Of a DNA stretch of 64,000 nt, positions 59,791 to 64,000 are shown one piece after another. Below the pieces are notes generated by a model. That model did not search any database. It saw nothing but the letters and a program-made list of their open reading frames with translations, and was not told the DNA's origin. Made by a program: the position numbers and the translations under genes. Where the stretch lies: the NCBI GenBank assembly GCA_964016885.1, contig OZ024765.1:11346001-11410000 (forward strand). The letters are read 5' to 3'. Position 1 is the first letter of the stretch. The number at the start of each line of letters is the position of its first letter. The stretch is from Eledone cirrhosa (taxonomy: Eukaryota).

Positions 59791-59828
<38 letters not shown>

Positions 59829-59830
<2 letters not shown>

Positions 59831-60230
59831 GTAGGAGGTGAGTTTTATTGTAGTACAATAAAGCAATGTAGATATCGGATAAGAAGCACTCTACAGTTTG
59901 TAGGACTGGAGTATACATAATATAAGATCAAAAGATGGTTAAAGGAGTTCCATGTATTTTATTATGCGCATTTCAAAAGCAAACATCATCATGCAATAAT
60001 ATTTGTGTTTTCATCAGATAAAACAGGAGAACATGATATGAAGGCTAAAAAACACTTGTGGATAGTTCAGTTTTAAATCAACATATGCACTATCCACAAG
60101 TGTTTTTTAGCCTTCATATCATGTTCTCCTGTTTTATCTGATGAAAACACAAATATTATTGCATGATGATGTTTGCTTTTGAAATGCGCATAATAAAATA
60201 CATGGAACTCCTTTAACCATCTTTTGATCT

Positions 60231-60238
<8 letters not shown>
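59829..60238 (-). mobile_element. Family F hairpin element: 150-bp inverted arms plus tail
   Basis: 59917-60066 is the reverse complement of 60089-60238; (TA)n flanks. Confidence 0.85.
60131..60199 (+). ncRNA. Hammerhead ribozyme (mirror copy at 59956-60024, -)
   Basis: gttttat CTGATGA aaa..caaatat/atgtttg..ttt GAAA tgcgca TA ataaaat. Confidence 0.85.
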
Positions 60239-60293
<55 letters not shown>

Positions 60294-60318
60294 CGTGTGT
60301 GTGTGTATATACATATAT

Positions 60319-60364
<46 letters not shown>

Positions 60365-60708
60365 ATATTGAATATTCCTTTGCTTATATATATATATATG
60401 TGTGTGTATGTGTATACATATACATACATATATATATAAATATATATATATAAGATCTACACCTCATCACTGAAGTGAACCTAAACATCGAGTGTTCACC
60501 TTGGTGAACCTACAGTAACACCAAGTTACACTCCCTGGATATATATATATATATATATATTATTATATCATGACTCATACACTGTTCATTTTCCTGACAT
60601 TTGTACATTATTCTATGTACTATACATGCACCTTTGATGAGTTGTAGTGCACCTGAGCACTGTACACAATAATTTCATTATTATTATTATATATATATAT
60701 ATATATAT

Positions 60709-60865
60709 ATAGAAGGAGCTTCTACAGGACTAGTACTGAAGATTTCATCTGAATGAAACAGTACTAGTCCTGTAGAAGCTCCTTCTATAAAATAAAAAAT
60801 TTTACTCTGCCATGTATTGAGTACCTTACTTACTGTGGTTATCCCCGACTCAACCCGGGACCTAC

Positions 60866-60868
<3 letters not shown>
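60709..60868 (+). mobile_element. Family C element; hammerhead core at 60736-60769
   Basis: Inverted arm, CTGAAGA..GAAAC, tail, (TA)n flanks. Confidence 0.8.
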
Positions 60869-60910
<42 letters not shown>

Positions 60911-60951
60911 TTCAAAATATTAACAAAATAGATATTCTTGTGATCAATTAT

Positions 60952-61016
60952 ATTTTATTATACATATTTCAGAGGTACTGAGTTAAGTTCAACAGTACGT
61001 CCTCATCATATAAAAT
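60952..61016 (-). ncRNA. Hammerhead ribozyme with a C3A substitution
   Basis: attttat ATGATGA..gtactg/cagtac..GAAA tatgta TA ataaaat. Confidence 0.65.
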
Positions 61017-61269
61017 AAAATGATACATGACATATCCTGACATGGTAGATGGTTAAGATTTAATCAAGGTAGTCATATATATATATATATATATATATGG
61101 TATATATATATATGGTATATATATAGGGTCCAATGAAACAGAAAAACAATAACCTGTGTATTATATATTAAAATAAAGTATTTTTTCATTCTTTATCATT
61201 TCGCTGGAAGACTGGTAAAAATATTTGAAATACATATTGAAGTCCATAAAGGATGTTACTTATAGTTAA

Positions 61270-61317
<48 letters not shown>

Positions 61318-61364
61318 ATGTATATGCATATATAAATATATACACATATTTGCATTACATTTCG

Positions 61365-61414
<50 letters not shown>

Positions 61415-61501
61415 TATATATATATTCATACAAATATATATATTATATACATATATATATATATACATACGCGCACATATATATATATATAAATATATAT
61501 A

Positions 61502-61953
61502 TGGAAAGTTATATTTAAATTGTTGGGTTACAACTAGTAAATATTTATAACTGATATAAAAGCACTCGACAGGTATTTGGAGTATATTTACGATATTAAA
61601 TAAATGGAAACTATATTTATAAAACCATATTTATTTCATTATATATATTTCAGGGATATCATATTAGCAATATGCTATGCCTTCCTCAGACAAAATACAA
61701 TATAAACAGTTTTATAGATAAATAGATTTGACATACCGTACAACATCGACTTGTATTTGAAAAGTTGAATTGGCAATTCAACTTTTCAAATACAAGTCGA
61801 TGTTGTACGGTATGTCAAATCTATTTATCTATAAAACTGTTTATATTGTATTTTGTCTGAGGAAGGCATAGCATATTGTTAATATGATATTCCTGAAATA
61901 TATATAATGAAATAAATATGGTTTTATAAATATAGTTTCCATTTATTTAATAT
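61502..61953 (-). mobile_element. Family D hairpin element: 180-bp inverted arms centred on 61773 plus tail
   Basis: 61593-61772 is the near-perfect reverse complement of 61774-61953; homologous to 22716-22890. Confidence 0.85.
61850..61913 (+). ncRNA. Hammerhead ribozyme (mirror copy at 61633-61696, -)
   Basis: attttgt CTGAGGA agg..catatt/aatatg..cct GAAA tatata TA atgaaat. Confidence 0.85.
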
Positions 61954-61973
61954 TATAAATATATATATATATT

Positions 61974-62004
<31 letters not shown>

Positions 62005-62069
62005 TGTTATACTTGGGGAGGGTCATATTTGTGTAATATTGCCAGAATTAATATCAAAACATATATATT

Positions 62070-62100
<31 letters not shown>

Positions 62101-62258
62101 GTATATATATTTTTTATAAATCTATATGTATGTATATATATATATATATAAATATATATATATATTTATATATATATTTATATATATATATGTATGTATA
62201 TATATTTACATATAAATATATATGTATATATATATAGGGAGACATATATGTACATATA

Positions 62259-62331
<73 letters not shown>

Positions 62332-62537
62332 GAGAGTGTCATTAAGAATGAGAATTAAAAAAAATCTCATATCCCAGTAAAGTAGTGATGATGTGAATTG
62401 ACGAACAACAGTTAATAAGATTGAGAAAAATGGAATAAGCTCTTATATGAGCTTATTCCATTTTGTGACTTTAATATAGGCCTGTATATATGTATATATA
62501 TATATATATACACATATAATATATATATATACATATA

Positions 62538-62591
<54 letters not shown>

Positions 62592-62597
62592 CACACA

Positions 62598-62631
<34 letters not shown>

Positions 62632-62838
62632 CACATATATATACACACACATATATATATATATACACACATATTATATATAAATATACACACACATATA
62701 ATATATATATATATGTGTCTTTGAAATGAAAAGTAATATATAGTGTTCCTTATATTACATTGTATTTCAAATTATACAAAAACAGTGCAGTTCATTCGGA
62801 ATTAATAAAACATACACAGCTATCTATGTATGAATATC

Positions 62839-62916
<78 letters not shown>

Positions 62917-62919
<3 letters not shown>

Positions 62920-63198
62920 GTACCACAACATCCAGCCCGAAACAAATGAGGTCGTGTAGGTGTCACGACAAAAAAACACACAGTCCACGCTGTAATGTGG
63001 CCGTGTAGGTAACATGGTAAAAACCTCCCAGTCCACACTGTAAATGTGGTTGGTGTTAGGAAGGGCATCCAGCCGTAGAAAACCTGCCAGACAGTCCTAT
63101 GCAAGCAAGTCAACCACTCTTGCCTCAAGTGGGAAAACTCCAGTCCAAACCCATGCAAGCGTGGAATATGGACGTTAAACGATGATGATGATGATGAT
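62917..63198 (+). mobile_element. RTE-tailed SINE-like element
   Basis: ggttggtgttaggaagggcatccagccgtag motif; (GAT)n tail. Confidence 0.75.
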
Positions 63199-63204
63199 AT
63201 ATAT

Positions 63205-63563
63205 ATGTGCAATGTCAATGTGTGTGAACGACCCAGCATGGATGTGTTGAGAGAGAAACTGCGTCTGAGAGGGATAGAATGTAGTGTGCGAGAGAAGAGA
63301 CTGCGGTGGTATGGACATGTGATGCGCATGGAGGATGACCGATGGGTGAAGAAGTGCCAGGAAATGCCAGTTGAAGGAAGACGTGGTAGAGGTAGACCAC
63401 GAAAAACATGGGCGGAGGTGGTGAGAAGAAACCCCAGATCGTTGAAGCTCACTGTGGAGATGACGAAGGACCGTGACAAGTGGAGAGATGCTGTGCTGAA
63501 TAAGACCCGTCCCACCCTTGCAAGCAGGGAAAAGCGGACGTATGATGATGATGATGATGATGA
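63205..63563 (+). mobile_element. RTE family 2 ORF2 C-terminus, frame intact
   Basis: LREKLRLRGI..REKRLRWYGHVMRM..GRRGRGRPRKTW..DRDKWR. Confidence 0.9.
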
Positions 63564-63627
63564 TATATTATAATAATAATTTTTAAAAAAGGACAATTTT
63601 TTTATGTCTTCATTACATTCATTGATT

Positions 63628-63712
63628 AGTGACGCGCGTTTCGCTCTTGATCAGCTCAAGATTCGATCTATATCGATCTAGCCCGACTCTGGAATCAAAA
63701 GCTCATCGGACC
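63628..63712 (-). ncRNA. Hammerhead ribozyme with CCGATGA core inside an inverted-repeat element (63585-63820)
   Basis: ggt CCGATGA gcttttgat..atcaagagc GAAA cgcgc GTC act. Confidence 0.7.
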
Positions 63713-63837
63713 TCTGCTGTGGTAACGACAGAATCCAGAGTTGAGCAAGATCAATACCGATTGAACCATCAGTGTCACTACTCAATAAATGTAATGAAGA
63801 CATAACGAATCATCCTTTTTTATTATTATTATTATTA

Positions 63838-64000
63838 GGGCGGTGGATTGGCAGTATCGGTGGAGGGCCGGACGCCATGCTTTGACGCATAGAGTTACGG
63901 CCCTTGCCATTCTGAGTTCAAATCCCGCCGAGGTTAACTTTGCCTTTCATCCTTACGGGGTCGATAAAATAAAGTACCAGTAATACACTGGGTAATTGCT
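63838..64000 (+). mobile_element. Nin-like tRNA-headed SINE running off the window end
   Basis: Head gggcggtggattggcag..gagttcaaatcc plus central motif. Confidence 0.85.

Overview
Repeat-dense animal genomic DNA; the SINE/LINE repertoire and microsatellite load resemble an octopod cephalopod (inference). Almost all long ORFs in the track are microsatellite or minisatellite artefacts. Recognisable content: many tRNA-headed SINEs, 3' fragments of RTE, CR1, Tx1/L1 and RLE-type LINEs, two DNA-transposon remnants, and many tandem arrays amplified from internal TE segments. The main signal is a set of at least 8 short non-coding element families sitting in (TA)n tracts (one in (ATT)n). They share a type I hammerhead ribozyme (CUGANGA...GAAA..NUH), often an inverted 5' copy making a hairpin, and a 3' tail with a shared GAGTRC-like motif about 45-65 nt from the end. 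This matches Penelope-like element (PLE) termini. One copy carries a complete tRNA-like Pol III unit joined at the predicted ribozyme cleavage site. A phase-compatible minus-strand spliced ORF (about 97 aa, unrecognised) is tentatively proposed. All structures were read by eye; no searches were run.
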